A DNA stretch of 64,000 bases from assembly GCA_000002435.2 (NCBI GenBank), contig CM018793.1. The stretch is one strand, 5' to 3'. The position numbers were made by a program, and so were the translations under genes. Within the stretch, counting starts at the first letter, position 1, and the number at the start of each line of letters is the position of its first letter. The notes under the pieces were generated by a model, which was not told the origin of the DNA, searched no databases, and saw nothing but the letters and a program-made list of their open reading frames with translations. The DNA comes from Giardia intestinalis (Eukaryota). This document shows positions 1 to 15,100 of this stretch, in pieces.

Positions 1-124
1 AATCAAAAAGCGTATATTCTTTCTCCTTAAGTCGTTTTCAACTGAAACGGTTAGCCTAGTAGATTACTACACTCATCACTATCATATAGAAAAAGGGCTA
101 TCCTCATCGGTCCTCGACTTCCTC

Positions 125-3100
125 ATGAATCCCTCAACGAAACGGATGCTCCAGAAAGACTCCTTACCAAATATCTATGCATACATGCATCTATATCTCA
201 AGAAAGAAATATATCTCGAAGATCAGAACAAATATTATAGGCTTGACAAGATTTCAGACGACGATGATGCAGAGGAAAACGGCACGTTATTTATGAGGAA
301 GTTCACGGGACCTGGGAAGAAAAACCTTGTTAATTGCTACCTGGGCGACCCCAGTGACCTTCTCGGTGAGGATGGCCAACTGAAGCCGACAGAGGAGGAC
401 GAGGAGGCAAGTGAAGAAGCGCAGCCAGCATATGTTTGTTCCGGCAAGGTTCCCACTCTAGAGCGGATAGAGGTTGACGAGGCCAGCCCCATGCTCCACT
501 TTGCCATGCTCTACATCCGTCTCTTCGGTCTATTTGCTCGTGAGCTGACTCCGGTTATATGCAGCTTATTCGCCAGAGATTGCATACTAAGCAACATACA
601 TCTGGAGAACGAGCTGCTTCGACAGAGCCCGCTTCTGTGCTACAAACTCTTTTGCCGGGTAGTAATATCTAAATTTCAAGAGGCATACCTTCACGATTTA
701 AATGAATGGGCCGAATACATCTGTCCGCAGTCCCATGTCCCAGTTCCCTCATCCCTGCAGGAATCGTCGCAGCCTTCTTCCGTGATTCAGCCAGAGACCA
801 CAGTACCTACTCTGGTTTTGGATCTGGAGCCAGTGTCTACCGACGGAAATCAAACCATCACTGCGGCAGCAGCTGTGGCAGACAGTATAATAACGAGGCG
901 ATTCCTGAGCCAGGGCTTTTTTACCACCTCTGATAGACAGGAGATGGACTTTCTGCACTTTGAGTTTAATTGCCAGCAGATTTCAAAGGATAATAGGCGC
1001 TACGTGACAGGAGGCGATACAGAGGGTCTTTCTAATCTAAAGATTATCTACGCAAATTCCCTAGACTTTGAACTATCGCAGTTCCGTACACTGATAGCCG
1101 CCATCTTCACCTCTGTTACAGAGCTCAAGTGCAACATAGAGCAGCACCTAGAATTCGATCTCCTCTTTCTCTCTCGCAGTGTCGTCCCAGGCTTTGATTC
1201 CCTGCTATCTCTGCAGGACTATGTAATACAGCACGTTCAGAAAGAGATGGAGCTGATTCAGGAGAGCCTCACAGACAACATTCTAAATCCACAGACCTTT
1301 CGAGATGATATTAAGCGTGCAGAGTACCTCACCGAGATCTCATCGTCCCGTATCCCAGACTTCATCACAAGCTACTACAACATGCGCAAGGAGATGCGCA
1401 TACAGTACAGCAGATTGTTGATGGCCAACATGCAAGAGCTTACTCGAGTCAAGGAAGTGTACGGGCTTTCATTGAAGAGGCTTAACGAGAACCTCCATGA
1501 TCGGAGAGCCTTTGACCGGTCCATCCTGCATCTGGAAAGGGATGTCTTTGTGGCATTTGAAAAGCTTCTCTCTTCAATCGGCTCTGTGTCTCAGCTTTGC
1601 TTAGCATTCATTGAGCAGGAGTTCGGCACGAACAATTTACACATTTCAGCCAAAAACCTTGTGTTTAGTTTGTGCTTTGATCCCCTTCAAGATGTGAAAA
1701 AACTGGAAACCGTGTCAGAGGATAGGCATGGTAAGAAAGCAGTCAGTGTCGTTTATCCTCCAAAGTTCCTATTGAATTGTGAAGGCAGTCAGCTCATAGT
1801 CTTTAGCTTTGAGTCACTTCTTGGGTTAGACACTCCACTTGAGCAGTCTGCTTCAACAAAAGGAAGTGGGCGCGGACGGGCTATCGACGGTATGTCCTTG
1901 CCCATCGGCGCAACCATCCCCAGGTACAATGAACCCTGTAACGGAGCTAGTGCCGTTGGCGCAAGCTCCCTTCTCGATCATTCCAAGATGCTGGAGCTTA
2001 TCGAAAACGCAATTGTCGTTACCAAGGACATTATAACGTATATAGAAAATAACCTCCTTCCTCTCCCAGATGTCCTCTACACCAGGTTTGCTACATACAC
2101 GATTAAGATCCTCAAAAATCAGGCGATTAACAAGCTCTTGTCGCTGGTACGGAAGATTCGACAGCACGTTCAGGAGACCATTTATGCAGTTATAAGGGAG
2201 GCGTCTCAAAGAATTCAGGCTTTTAAGGGGTCTCTGGTGGTGGATGTGGACACGCCGGATAACCTGGAGTTGGTATTGCAGTCCAAGAATGCAGCCCAAC
2301 GGTTCCTCACCATCTGGATGCCGGCTGTCTTTGTCTGCCTTCTGGCCTTGCCCAAGATGTCATATCTTGAATCTTACAGACACGTAAGTAGTATTCAGTG
2401 TATTAATAGTGATCCGGAGATAGAGCTTCGTCCAGGCTCTACCGCTCAAGAGCAACAACGATCAACAACTCAGCCCCCAGATATTTACACACTGCTAGAG
2501 TCAGACGTATCCTTCGACCAAAAAATGGACCATCTATTCGACGCGCAGTTCTGGATGCGGTGTCGGAGAGACGTAGAAGTGTATGAAGGCGTGAGGCAGA
2601 AAGAGGTGCAGAAACAAATAGAGAAGCAACAAGAGCTGATCCGTCAGCAGGAAGTGGAAAGGCGGGATATGATCAAGAAGTTAGCCAGAGGCAGCAGCGA
2701 ATTGGCAGATGAAGACCCGGCCTGTCTTCAGAACCTTCACAACGAGTTTGTTTCGGAGAAGGGCCTGCTTTCTGTCAAGAAGATACCTCTCACTCGTAAG
2801 TATCTTTCGTCAGAGGCTAAAGCTTCCAGTATTAAGCTGCAGCCTATCTTGCGCAAGCAATCTGCTCTTGTCAGCTACCGACAGGAGCTGCTCATGCTCG
2901 ATCTCTGCGATTACAAGTTCAACATCCTCGATTTCATTCAACTCCTGGCATCTATTAAGGCGCTAATGAGGCGTGCCGACAGGAACATCCAGGCCAAAAT
3001 ATGTCCATTCTCTAAGTATATTTACTTATCTGTAGAGTACCTCATGTATCTGCGCACAGTCTGCACCAATTATGCTGTCGAGATATGCTACATGACAGCC

Positions 3101-6100
3101 GCCGATCTCATCCTCTCGGTGCGAAATCCCAGCCAGTTTCGAATCAAGTACCCTTACATGACAAGCAATCTAGTTCTCAATCAGATAGACCCCTACTTTG
3201 CGTCAGAGGACATAGAGGTCTCATATGCATATCTCAACTTCTTACAGCGGTCCACCTCTCTGGCCATCACTCGCTATGCAAACGAACGTGCTCTGTCTCT
3301 TTCGGCTCTTTATACAAGACCGAGCGATTCCAATCTTGTTGGGGTGGACTCGGTGGTTACGCTCGATGACTTCCTGGCCTTTCTGATCCAGCGTGTAAGC
3401 GCACAGGACTCGCGACGGGGCTACAACACATCGACAAAAAGTGCTGGCGAGACAGATACCTATTATGACATATACCATATTTTTTCTGACATAGGCCATA
3501 TCGCATCAGAATCACAAAAGATCTACAACTCTCTAGAAAAATGGGCCATGCTTGTTGGAATAAAGCTTTCTATTTCTAAGCCAACCTTCCTTGAGGTTAC
3601 CACCTCGCTAAAGCATCCCATCAGCTTTTTCCTCTCTCTAATTAACATTTATGCAACGTACGCGCAAAGCCTGAAGGCTTCTATAAACTTCTTCAACTAC
3701 AAGTTCTTTGAAAAACACAGCGAGGAGCTTTATTTGGCAGCCAGAGAAATGCATCTTGCCGATAAGCAGAGGTTCAAGTGTGCACAGGAGAAGTCCAAGA
3801 GCCGAAATGTGAAGTCGTCGTCCTTCTTCATTGAAGCACTGGACCAGAGCTCGTCATCAAATCCCCATAGAATCCGTCAATCTGGCGCTGTCCATCGGCG
3901 CTCTCCGGCAGAAAGCACGTTGAAAGGGCAAGTCGCGCACACCGCCTCTGTGGCCAGTATCAGCAGATACATGGATTCAACCATTGTGCTAGATGGGTCA
4001 GCTGCCACATCGTTGCCAATGTCCAGCAAACTCGAGAATAATGCTTCTGATACCCTTCTTACGTTGATAGATAGCATGCAAGAGCTACCACCTAGGTCTG
4101 TGCACTCTCAAGACCCAGGATCTACCAATCTGATGGCGAGCAAGCTCAGAGAGCACTATTATGAATTACCCGATCCGCGCAGTGAGAGTAGCAACTCGTT
4201 ATCGGTCTCCAGCACAGTTGCCAGACATCCGGACTCAAAGGATGACTCTGAGTCAGAGATTATCACCGTTGTGACAGCTGATCAACTTCGGAATGATAAA
4301 GGCGCATCCTCAAAGCTCTTGATGACTCAGCTTGCTAACACGCTCGATCCCGAAGATTGTAAGACTACACCTAGCCACAGTGACGATGATGGTGGTGATC
4401 TGCAAGGCAAGACATCTAGAGTTAGCGAGACAGATTCTGAATATAGCGACGGAAAAGACCCCGACGAAAAGCTAGACATTGGTTTATTGCGTATGCGACG
4501 ACAAGAGCCAACTGGCTTTGCAACGTCATACTCGACTGCACAGATGCGCCTAAACACAGCAGTAGCCGAACGCATTAAATTGCAAACCGGCACTGTCAGG
4601 CCAGCCGCTGCAACAAGGATCATAACTGACATATGCGCTGATCGTCAACCACTCTCTTCATCAGACATAGCAGGTCCAGATACACACCTTACAGATACCA
4701 GTTTTCATATGGAGCCATCGTCATCTGCAACGGATACCAAGAACACGCTGCTCAGGCGACGCCCAAAGCTATCCATTAAGACAGAAGCCGATGAGGAGAA
4801 GCAGGAGCCCTGCATGGAGAGCGTCGACTCTGTTGATCCAGACCTTCTTTCTTACCGAATTCAGCAGATTATAACGGACTATTGTAGGAAGAATGAGCAG
4901 CCGCCCTTCACCGTACAGTACTCCAGCTGGATCGACACTGCCGACAGGGTGGTTCAAGTGCACTTGTTGGCTATCACGCAGCGTATCATCTTCCTTTCAG
5001 AGATACGACGCCTTTTTACCAGCAGATGCTTTGTAGAGCGCCTCTTCACAATGCTTGACAAATCGTGCGGGGACATAAGTGTGACGAACGCCAAAGCCCT
5101 GCTTAAGGCAACCACAGTCGATGATATGACGAGACTGCTTAATGCGCAGAACTTTGCGTTGATAACAAATATGACCAGACAGTATGAGCACAATCTAGCG
5201 GCAGAGAAGAAGCTTCACGAAATCTATAAGTGGATTCTTTCCCTTAAAGTCTGGGTTATTAAGTACAGCCTCGATATTCCCCTTCATACTGCCTTCAAGA
5301 CCTATGTGTCGGCCAAGTTAGGCCGCTCAAAGACTCAGTCACACACAAAAAGATCCTACTCGTCACGTGTAAGCAAAGCGCTTCATCGCCCTGCTCGTAG
5401 CGCAATGGCAGACACATCCCCGAGCTCATATCAACTCATTACACGGATAGACCAGGCACGGCGGCCCGTGACTATTGCAGACGTGGACTGCTCCCTTTAC
5501 TGCCCAATAACTCTTGACTACAGTACGCGGTTCCGGAAGAAATATATCAATCACCACAGGCCAACTAGGGTTCTCCTATTTGACAGGCTGGAGCCATTAA
5601 TAGATCTGTTCAAGGATCAAACCATGGAATACGACGCTGTTTATCAGAAGGCTCGTGTTTCCTGCGCAGATGTTGGACCCGGGGATACGTCACTGAGCAG
5701 CGTATCAATAATTTCTGACGACTCAACCTTCAATGAAACGTCTATCAATGTAACACAATCGACCTCGCACAATGCCTCCGGATCCCGGAAGCGTACTGCT
5801 AGCGCCAGGAGGCGTCCTGCTCAGAGCTATGACATGCAAGAAACTATTGAGCTACCGTATCCTTCTCTCCAGCCCTACCTGCTGAAGGCTATACGGGAAG
5901 CGTTGTTCATGGTCTCCACTGTACTCGGAGATGACCAGATAGTAGAGTCTGTCAAGACAATGGCGCGAAGGCTGCACATTTTCCTCTCGGCCGCAAGGAT
6001 CTTCGCAGCTACCGTTGAAAGAGTACGCATGCACCTTCCGGAGGTGCTTGCACTTCTGAATGTGATATTTGACGAGGTTCCAGAAACGAGCTTTCTGTCC

Positions 6101-9100
6101 ATTGATCTAGAGCGCTATAAAGGCGTAGTAGCAACCCTGCTTCAGGTCCTTCACTTATTCTCCGAGATCTGCGTTGCAATGCATGAGTCAGATAAGAAGG
6201 TTGACTTGGCCAGGTTTTCCAGTCCTTCCTTCGAGCATTTAAAGGCTGTTTCACTGGTAAAGAATAAGAGACTGGACATCCCAAGATTCGAATTCATCTC
6301 CTTCCTCTCTGATCTCACTGATGACACTTCCGAATATAGTGCGCAAACAAAGCACACTAGATTGGCGAGCTACCTTGACGGGGATAGCACCTGTATGCCC
6401 CTTGCTTTTCTCTTTGAACAGCAACAGTACTCGCTGGTTGAGAACTTCATTGCGGCAGCCAACCAATGTGATGGCCTTTTACAAGACGCTAGAGAGCTAT
6501 TTTGGAAGAAGAGAATTGGACATGTTATTTCAGGCCGTCTTGAGCTGGGGCTTGAAAACCTCCCAGAGTCGTTCTATATTGTTTTTAGCAAATTCAACGG
6601 ATCATTCACTAATGCACAGCTTTCCAATCAATTCTTCGACGTGGCGCACACAGGATCTGAAATGAAGCCTCCTCTCCCTGACCACGTACACACCACCCTT
6701 TCTGGTGTCCTCCAACTCCCATCGCAGCGAGACACACGCCTACAGACCACAAGGCATCGAGGTGGGTCCTACGTTAGTGCCAGATCTGCTCTGCCCACTA
6801 CTCGCCTCTCAGCAGACACCTTTAGCAAGCTTAAATATGCATATACATCGGGTCACATCATTGCAAACAAGCTCCTGTACTCTAAAGGTGGCACACAGAT
6901 AAGCTTCTTTGGAATCCAGAGTGGCCACGAAGCCATTCTTTATGATAAGGTAATTAACTTACGATGCCGCTTGCACATGGCGTCTGTACTCCTTCATCCC
7001 AAGATTCTTACCTCGGCCATCCAGGCAGAGTTCCGTAAAGCAATCATCCTTCTCCTCAACGAGCAATATTCTCAATGCCTGTGCTACTGCACCTACCAGG
7101 CAGTTATCTATGCGCTCTCTGCATGCGTGCTCGTCTACCTGGATGGAAGATATGAGTCATTTGAGTACTGCTACTACCACGTTCTTGGTGGACTGAAGCG
7201 AATTATCGAGTGCTCTTATCCGGACCTCCTTGCCCACATGGGCAATGCAAGCGCTTCCATCTTTAACAGCCCAACTGACACTGACACAGCGGTAACAAAG
7301 CTTTTCACTTTAAAGGCAATCTATGCTAGAGTCATAGAGTTCATGAACTTGTTAGACATTATCGCCCTTAGCGTCGTTTCATATATATTCTCACTAAACC
7401 CGCTCTATTTGTCTCGGTTTCACAAACTTGAGCCTCCCTTTTCTCTGCAGAACTACAGTAAGCTTCTAACAAAGTTTTCTAGGAGTGCCATGCTCAACGA
7501 GCGTAGTAAGAAGCAAGGAATCTCACTGTCTTTTATGCATAACAAGTTCACATCATGTCTTTTCTTATCACTTCCGAGTCTGAAGCTGTTCCAGAAGACC
7601 CACTGTAGCTATGACGCCGCAAGAATGGATGAGAAGGCCCTTATTACAGAAGCATACAGAAGGGCTGTAGTGGCCCTGCGGCGAGCAGTCCCATTACGTT
7701 CGGTGCTTGAGATGCAAAGCGCGTCTCATGGACTTTCAGATATAGTCGCAGTTCCGGACATCCGGACAGTGAGTTCTGTGGAGTCCACTAACGATGAGGA
7801 CTTCAGCGACGCACAAGCAGGCACACCAAGCAAAGCGCTAGCGACGTTTTCGAGTGCAGAGATCGCCTGCCTGTCCCCTGGTGTAGCTTCCGCTCCGCCA
7901 GTGGCTAGCGGTGCTGCTGTTTCACATGGATTGTCTAGAGGAGAGGGAGAGACACTCTTTATTGATCCTCTTCCTCGGCTAGTGCCGAACGACATTGTCT
8001 ACATAGATGCAGACGAACATGGGGATATAGACATACCGCTAGAAACTCCTGCGTCTTTGACATCTATTCTGCTAGGGCCGTGGGGACTGAAAGACTTCAA
8101 TCTTGCCCATGTGTCTTGCTGTACTCAGTATGATACGGTTTTTATTGACTACACACACAAACGCAAGTGTGCACTTCTCATCAGCTCATTGATTGACAAC
8201 ATTCCAGTAGTGATATTCACCGACCGGCACATGGGCTATCGAAGCATGGAGGTCCCATACATTCTGGAGCACGCTACGAGATTATCTGGACTACGCTATT
8301 GCTTCCTCAACGTCGCTCCAGGGAAGCTGGAAAGCTATCGCATGGCGATCTATGCAAATATGCTATCCGGAGTGACGACAGTCTTAACGGGACTGGAGCT
8401 CTCCGCCACGGATGGACATGCAGAGTGGGCATTGATATCTGCGTTGTTTACGCTCTCACCTGGAGCAGATTTCCCACCCATCTATGATCGCATAAGCGCA
8501 ACTCCCATGGACTCAAAGGCATATCGCAACTCATGGCACACATCCAGACTCGGAGGAATCATCTTCTGGATTGCAGACGCAGTATGTCTGAACAACAGCG
8601 AGGACCAAAACTACATTGTTTCTGATTGGGCCCTCAAATTTCTTCGCCTCTTTAGGCAAAAGACCCAACTCTACTTTCCCACCTCATACCTCACTAACGA
8701 CTGTCATGTGCTTGCAATGGAATACACTATGGATATGCCTACCTACATCCAGCGCATATCCTTCATTAAGAATCAGTTCAGCGCCAGCATATTTGATCTG
8801 GTCAACAAGAAGGCCACACTATCAGAGAACCTATCCGTAAAGGCGTCCGCTTCTCTCGCAAGTTCTGTCATTTCGTCGAGGGAAACCATAAAAGCAGCTA
8901 CATACGCGGGCAGCAGCCACCTTCCGCGCCTATTCAACGATCTCCACATTGTTTCGGATCTATCCTCATCTTGCACACTCGAGGCTCTCTTTTGCATCAT
9001 CCCACAGTTTTCTAGCCAGCTGGCAATATTTGCAGAGTTCCTATTGCGTCAAACTACCGCTTTTCCAAAGCTGGTCCTGGGGGATATCCGTACCATTATA

Positions 9101-12100
9101 CAGACATTGCAGTCGCCCATTACAGCGCTAAACATGTCTCTTGCCCTGCTCTTTTATTTGACCGTCCTAATGTGGACAGAGGAGACTGCGACAAACCAGT
9201 TTTCTGCGAAACAGATGTATTTGATGGAGTACTTGGCAACATTGTTTCACCTCGATGCACACGAGCGCTCAAGGTTTAAATCTCTGGTAGAGTCTCCTCT
9301 CAGCAAGTTCGAGCAGATCATTCAGACTTACGCTTCAGACACGTATATCTCACAGTTGGGCCTCTTGGCACAAAGCTCTGGCCTCCTCTCTTTGTTTGGC
9401 TCTCACTCGCTTTTCACACTGGGCCGCATTTTGGCAACTGGCAGGCCGTGCCTCCTATTTCTGGACACCATGGACCCCGGAACGCTCACCCGCATTCAAG
9501 CTGGCGTTGAGCATGTGTCACGTCTTCATGTCCTAATAGTCTATAGTATCTATGATCTATTTGAGATGACGGAGTCCATAGAGAGGAGCGCAGATGACAC
9601 CGGCCTCATGCTAGTGTGTGCCGACCCAGCGGACTCTCACTGGATCGGATCCATTTTTGCCATGTGCTCGTGCAGGCAAGAAATATGCCTTCCAAATAAA
9701 ATCAGGTATGTGTTCCCTCGCCATTGTAAAGTAGTCGTTGTGGCGCACTCAAAGTGCCTATCTTTGAGGAAAATATCCTGTCCAAGTATCCACTTTAATC
9801 GAAACGTGCACCTCTCTCCTCTCGGTCTCCTCCAAGTCAGCTTCTCTTCAGTAGCCTTCCTAAATATGAAGTACTTCAATGACATCAGAAACATCGAAAC
9901 AAGCCACCTGTCAACATACAAGGATGTCGTCGAGCACATAGCAATGAAGTATGACGTTGACTATCACCTCTATACGCACGCAGAAGAAACCCGCATCAAG
10001 CAGGACGTCTATCTCAATTACCTCAATTTCTTTTATTACAATCTAACAATCTTGGCGTCGCGAAGAGTATTTAACATGTATGCGTTTACAATCAGGGATT
10101 GGCGCGTACTAAAGGCATTGATCACGCTCTTTCTTGTGTACGATAATGTCCTGAACATCAAGCACTACATGGACGTCATGGACGGCGAGGATTATCGGTT
10201 ATTCATCGGATCCTCCACTAAGCAGCAAGCAAAGCCAGGCTCTGCAGACATAAGGGCCCCAGAACAAAGCACCATGTCTCAGCAGATAGCAAGAACTATA
10301 GAAGCCGTCCTTCCCCCACGCCGTGTCTCTGATCTGAATCCGTATGCAGAGCTTGCTTACTTTTCATATTACGATCAGGAGGAGCGCAGATCAGAGAAAA
10401 ATGAGGCAGAATACATCAAGGAGTGCCGCAAAGACATTGACTTTTCGGCAGTTGGTCTGTCCGACCTGCGCTATATTACCGGAAGCCCTATCTATCTGCC
10501 ATGGGCGAGCAACTTCAGCCGTAAAACGCAGATCATTTGCGAGTTTAGTTACTCCTTTACTAAGCTTATCTTTGTCAACACTAGCACTGCAGAAGTTATC
10601 AGGAGGATCCACTCATCAATCTTTGCCGCCATCTTTAACGCCTTTACCCTTCTTATTGCAGCCCCTTATGAGCTTCATAGCGCAGAGCAGGACAGCGCAA
10701 GCTATCGCTCCTACTATCGGAGATATTTGGAGCTTCTTCCCTCCTTTCTTCACCTTGTGCACAAGTTCTTTTGCCCTGCGTATCTCTTCCATTCTAACCC
10801 ATCAATGCAGCAATGGTTCGTCAGCTTCTATGCGTCTCTCAAGGCTAGCCTGCAAGACCTTTATGCAGTACAGTTATCTATGCACGGCTTTATAGGAGCG
10901 GAGAAATACTGCAGGTACACATGCCTGACCCATACACAGAGCATGTCCGATGTCACACTTCTTCGAGCAGCTAACTTTCTGGGTGTCAAGAACCAACTCC
11001 GTAGTGACGTGGTAGAGCATGTCCAGCTATTCAACTTAAAGTGTGGGCAGCTGGATAGAGAGGCACAGGAGGATCTCTGGATCCCCGGGGAACAGCAGCT
11101 GCCCTCAGCCAGATATGACAAGCTTTCGCTCAGCCAACTAGACAAAGATTCATTTCACACAGCAGAAACATCATCTACCACAGCTATTGCAGATACTCCT
11201 GCTTCTGAGCAGAGTTGCCGCGCATCTACTGATGGCGATTCAGTGCTTCACCGGACTCCCCAAATAGATAACGTTTTGTTGAAAAGATTCGCAGAAAAGG
11301 CCTATGTACACGAATTATTCGATTCTTACCATGACCTTGGCCGTAGTAGAGCTGAAGAATGCATGCACCTGCAAATTGCTGAAGATCTCAAACAAGAGCT
11401 TCCCAGCGATCTACAGCTTAGCGGGCACGATAGTCATCTAAAGCCTGTCACAGACATATCCCTGACAGGTTCTGCTCCTCACTGTAACACCTCCAGGACT
11501 ACTGAAGAGAAACAAGAGCTAGAGGGGCCTGCATCTTACCATAATCCAGACACCACTTCTGAAGCACAGCTTGATTCTGCGCATGCAACTGACTATTTGG
11601 CGTTTGTGCGGCAAACATATCAATTCCTCCCTGTCCCATACCACATAGGAGATGGCTTGTTTTCTAATCCTGCACTATCTCACTATATGCAATTGTATAG
11701 CGATAACGACGTAGAGCCACCACTGATCATAACTACTGAGCTCTCTGCAGTTGCTGTCTTTTTAGCCGGGCTCATTTTAGCAGGTGAGTGCTTTGCTCTG
11801 ACTGGCAAGCGGTTCTCGGGGAAGACAACTCTTCTGAAATTGGCATATGCTCTTCTTCCTCAGAATATTGTGTCTCTAACATCCTTTAGGGTTCCGTGTG
11901 GAGAGGATTTGGACCCGCAGGAATTCATGCAAAGGATCCTTCAAAGAAACCTAGTCTTTAAGCCAGACACAACCAGTCCCGGTGAGCGCTATAGTGTCGC
12001 GTTGCCTGAACGAAAACTCCTCGTCGCTCATATAGAGAGGATCGATCAAGGAGCCTGGGAGAAACTAATGAATCTCAATCTGCAAAGTGGCTTGCTGAGC

Positions 12101-15100
12101 CTTAGCCACAATGTCTCGCAGAGCCTCGAGCTGGGATCAGACAACGTGGGAGTGCTGTTTCTTCCTGGAGTGGTCTTTGCGTATGAGGCCTCCGCCGATT
12201 ACTCCGATCTGTCAAGCAACCAGAATGACCTTTACTTTATACAGCACTCCAGCACCTCCACGCCATCCTTCCTGCATAACTTTCTCTACTGGGGCTTGAT
12301 TCGGCGTCGCTTTCATCTTTCGGACTATGTGCCTCTAAGTGACTCGTCCGCTCCACTCAACGGAGGGCATGCTCTGGAAGATTATTTTTCGAACGCATTG
12401 CTTACCAAATTGCATGAGGCAATCTGTGCAGGACCGTCCAAAGATGTTCAGAACTCCTATACTAGGGTTTCGTATCGAAACAAGACGCCGCAGCTCCACG
12501 AAGAAACACTTTGTAAGCTTCCAGTGCCAAGCGCTGAGCTTCCCAACACTCTTAAGACGTTCGTTCATTTTCTCAAGCAACTGGAGAGCACCACCCCCAT
12601 TTCATCTCTACGCCTTGTTTGGTCGATGCTTCAAAACTCTGCCAGTGACGACGGCTTTCTGGTCACGTCAGTTAATGTTCCTCCTGTTCCTATCTCACGA
12701 GAAAATGCATGCTTCCAGTTTCCGTGCATTAACCTACTGCTATCTACTATCGTCCGTCACACAGAGCTTCCAGTTGATGTGGTTTTTCAATCTATTAGTC
12801 AGCTGATTAATACCAATACCCTCGACGAAGTTCTCAAAGGGAAAGAGGAACTGCCTTCCAGTAGCCTTCCGCTACGAAGGGCAGATCCTGGTAATCTGTA
12901 TCTACTCCATGAAGGGTGGATCCAGGGCCTTAGCTTGCTTCTAAAGCACCATGATCAATCCATTGAGGACTTTGTTATGGATTTAGCTGGCGACTCCTAT
13001 TATATGAAGCACAAGAGGATACTCTATTCGCAGGAGGACCAGTTGAGCGGGCGCAGCCCATCCCACACAAGGGTTCTGCTTCCCTACTTTAGCAAAGCTG
13101 GTCACATGCTGTACTTCAAAACAGACTTAGGTGGCCATAGCTCTCCAGATCGTCGCGCTCTAGCTGCCTCCAGCGGCTTTTTCTCTGACCCCCACTTGAT
13201 TGGAAGCCTTACCTCCGGCCTTGGTCTGATGAGCAAGCTCCGTCCGCAGAGCACTCTTGACTCTGAAAGACTCAAGGCAAAGCTTCCGCAGCATCTTCTG
13301 GACAAGGGAAGCATCTTGATGGGGCGGAGCCTGCGTGCCTCGATGATGAATATAGACGGAGTCCAAACCTTTCCATCTGGCGAGCTGGTCTATCCGCAGG
13401 ATCAAGCAGATTGCCCTGCAAGGGCTGTCAGCTCCAAAGTGCTTTCCTCGGCCAACCTTTGCCGATCGCGCGTAGACATAGATAGCGACTCGTCAGAAGA
13501 AGACGATAAGATGCAGAAAAGCTTTGTGCTTGAGCAGCAAGCCTCTCTGGAAGAGCAGAAACACAACGTTGTTGCGTGCTTATTGTCACGGTGCCGCACG
13601 GTAGCACACGTTGACACCTATGCAATAGCTGCGATTATACACATTTATCTGGCGATTACTAGAGCGTTTCAGTCCAATGTCTTGAAGATGGCAGAGTACC
13701 TCCTTTACATGCGAAGGGGATCAAACCGCGCTTGCCCACAGTTTGTGCAATTCAATCCCTTGGCAAACCCGCCAAGAATGCCCATTATCAACATGCTCGT
13801 TCCATCTGGGTCGACACATTTTGACTCTTATTCCCAATATCTCCAGGTCCTAAGAAGTATAGGGAAGTACGTCATGTTCGACACAGTGGAGTTCTTCGAG
13901 TTTGTTTGTAGAAATACATACAGTCCGAACAATGGAATTCTGAAAATATCTATCGAAAAAAAGGCTGAGACGTTCAGAATCTATGAGAGCGCTGTTTTGG
14001 AAGAAGTTTTAGGAAGTTCGGTTCAGAAGATCGAGCCTGATGCTGCCCCAAAGGCCAAAAAGGAAGTAACCCTCCGGAACGTCTTTCAAGGACGCGTCGC
14101 TTTTGCTAATTACGCGGTCCATTTAGCACGAACTCACCGATTTATCATTGACATCAATCAGGTCCTGCAATACGTCCAGGCAGCAGCAAGATGCATCAAA
14201 CCCGCCAGCACTACGCACGAGGTTTACCACAGCAATAAGGATCCCTTAGAAGATGAAGAAGAGCTGTCAGACGAGGACCAATTCGTCTCTCGTGTCGATC
14301 CACGAGTTCTGCGAAAAATGCCACTCAAGCCAGTCATCTCACCGGATGGAACTGAGTTCAAGAGGAATAACGAAGTGGTGAAGACGTATAGTGGGAAGCT
14401 GTCCAAGACAGATCCTTTCTTCTGGATATTCAAGGAACAGGAGGACAGGACTGGCGGCGGCTTCGTTCCGACGTATGACTACAGACACCACCGGCATCGC
14501 TATTTCAATAAGCTTGTTTCTGTGTTTCTTGATTCTCACGATCCTCGGCAGCTAGTACACTACATCATCCGATCAATGCTTCTCATGGCCCTGGGTTTCA
14601 GCCCTCTCCTCGGTTTTGTTGATCTGTCATATTTCAAGCGTGATGTCTACAACTATCGGACATGCTACACATGTGAGCTATGGCCCTACGTTGACATGGA
14701 GAAAATGCAGACAGATTTGGAGGCTAGCGATCTTGCCGAGCTTGTTCTCACCGAGCCCTGCGACATACTTCTGACGGTCCCTTTCGAGTACCTTGATCGC
14801 AAGAAGATCAGTTTTCTCCCAGAAAGCTGTCCTTACTTCAGCCCCACAGAGCTCAAGTTCCTAGGCTACCTTGTCTCCTTTGTGTATGGACTGCAGCACC
14901 TACTTTCAGAAACAGAGCTGTTGTGGCTTTGTAGTCGCAACCTAGCCATTGTTATTCTCGAGGGCGGCGAGGTGTGCAATACAATCGACTCTGTGCGCTA
15001 TACGGCATTTTCACCCCGCATACACACGGCTTTATTGGAAGAGCGACTCAGCAGGCTACACCCCCGATTAACTACCACATACAATGACGCGAACCAGCAG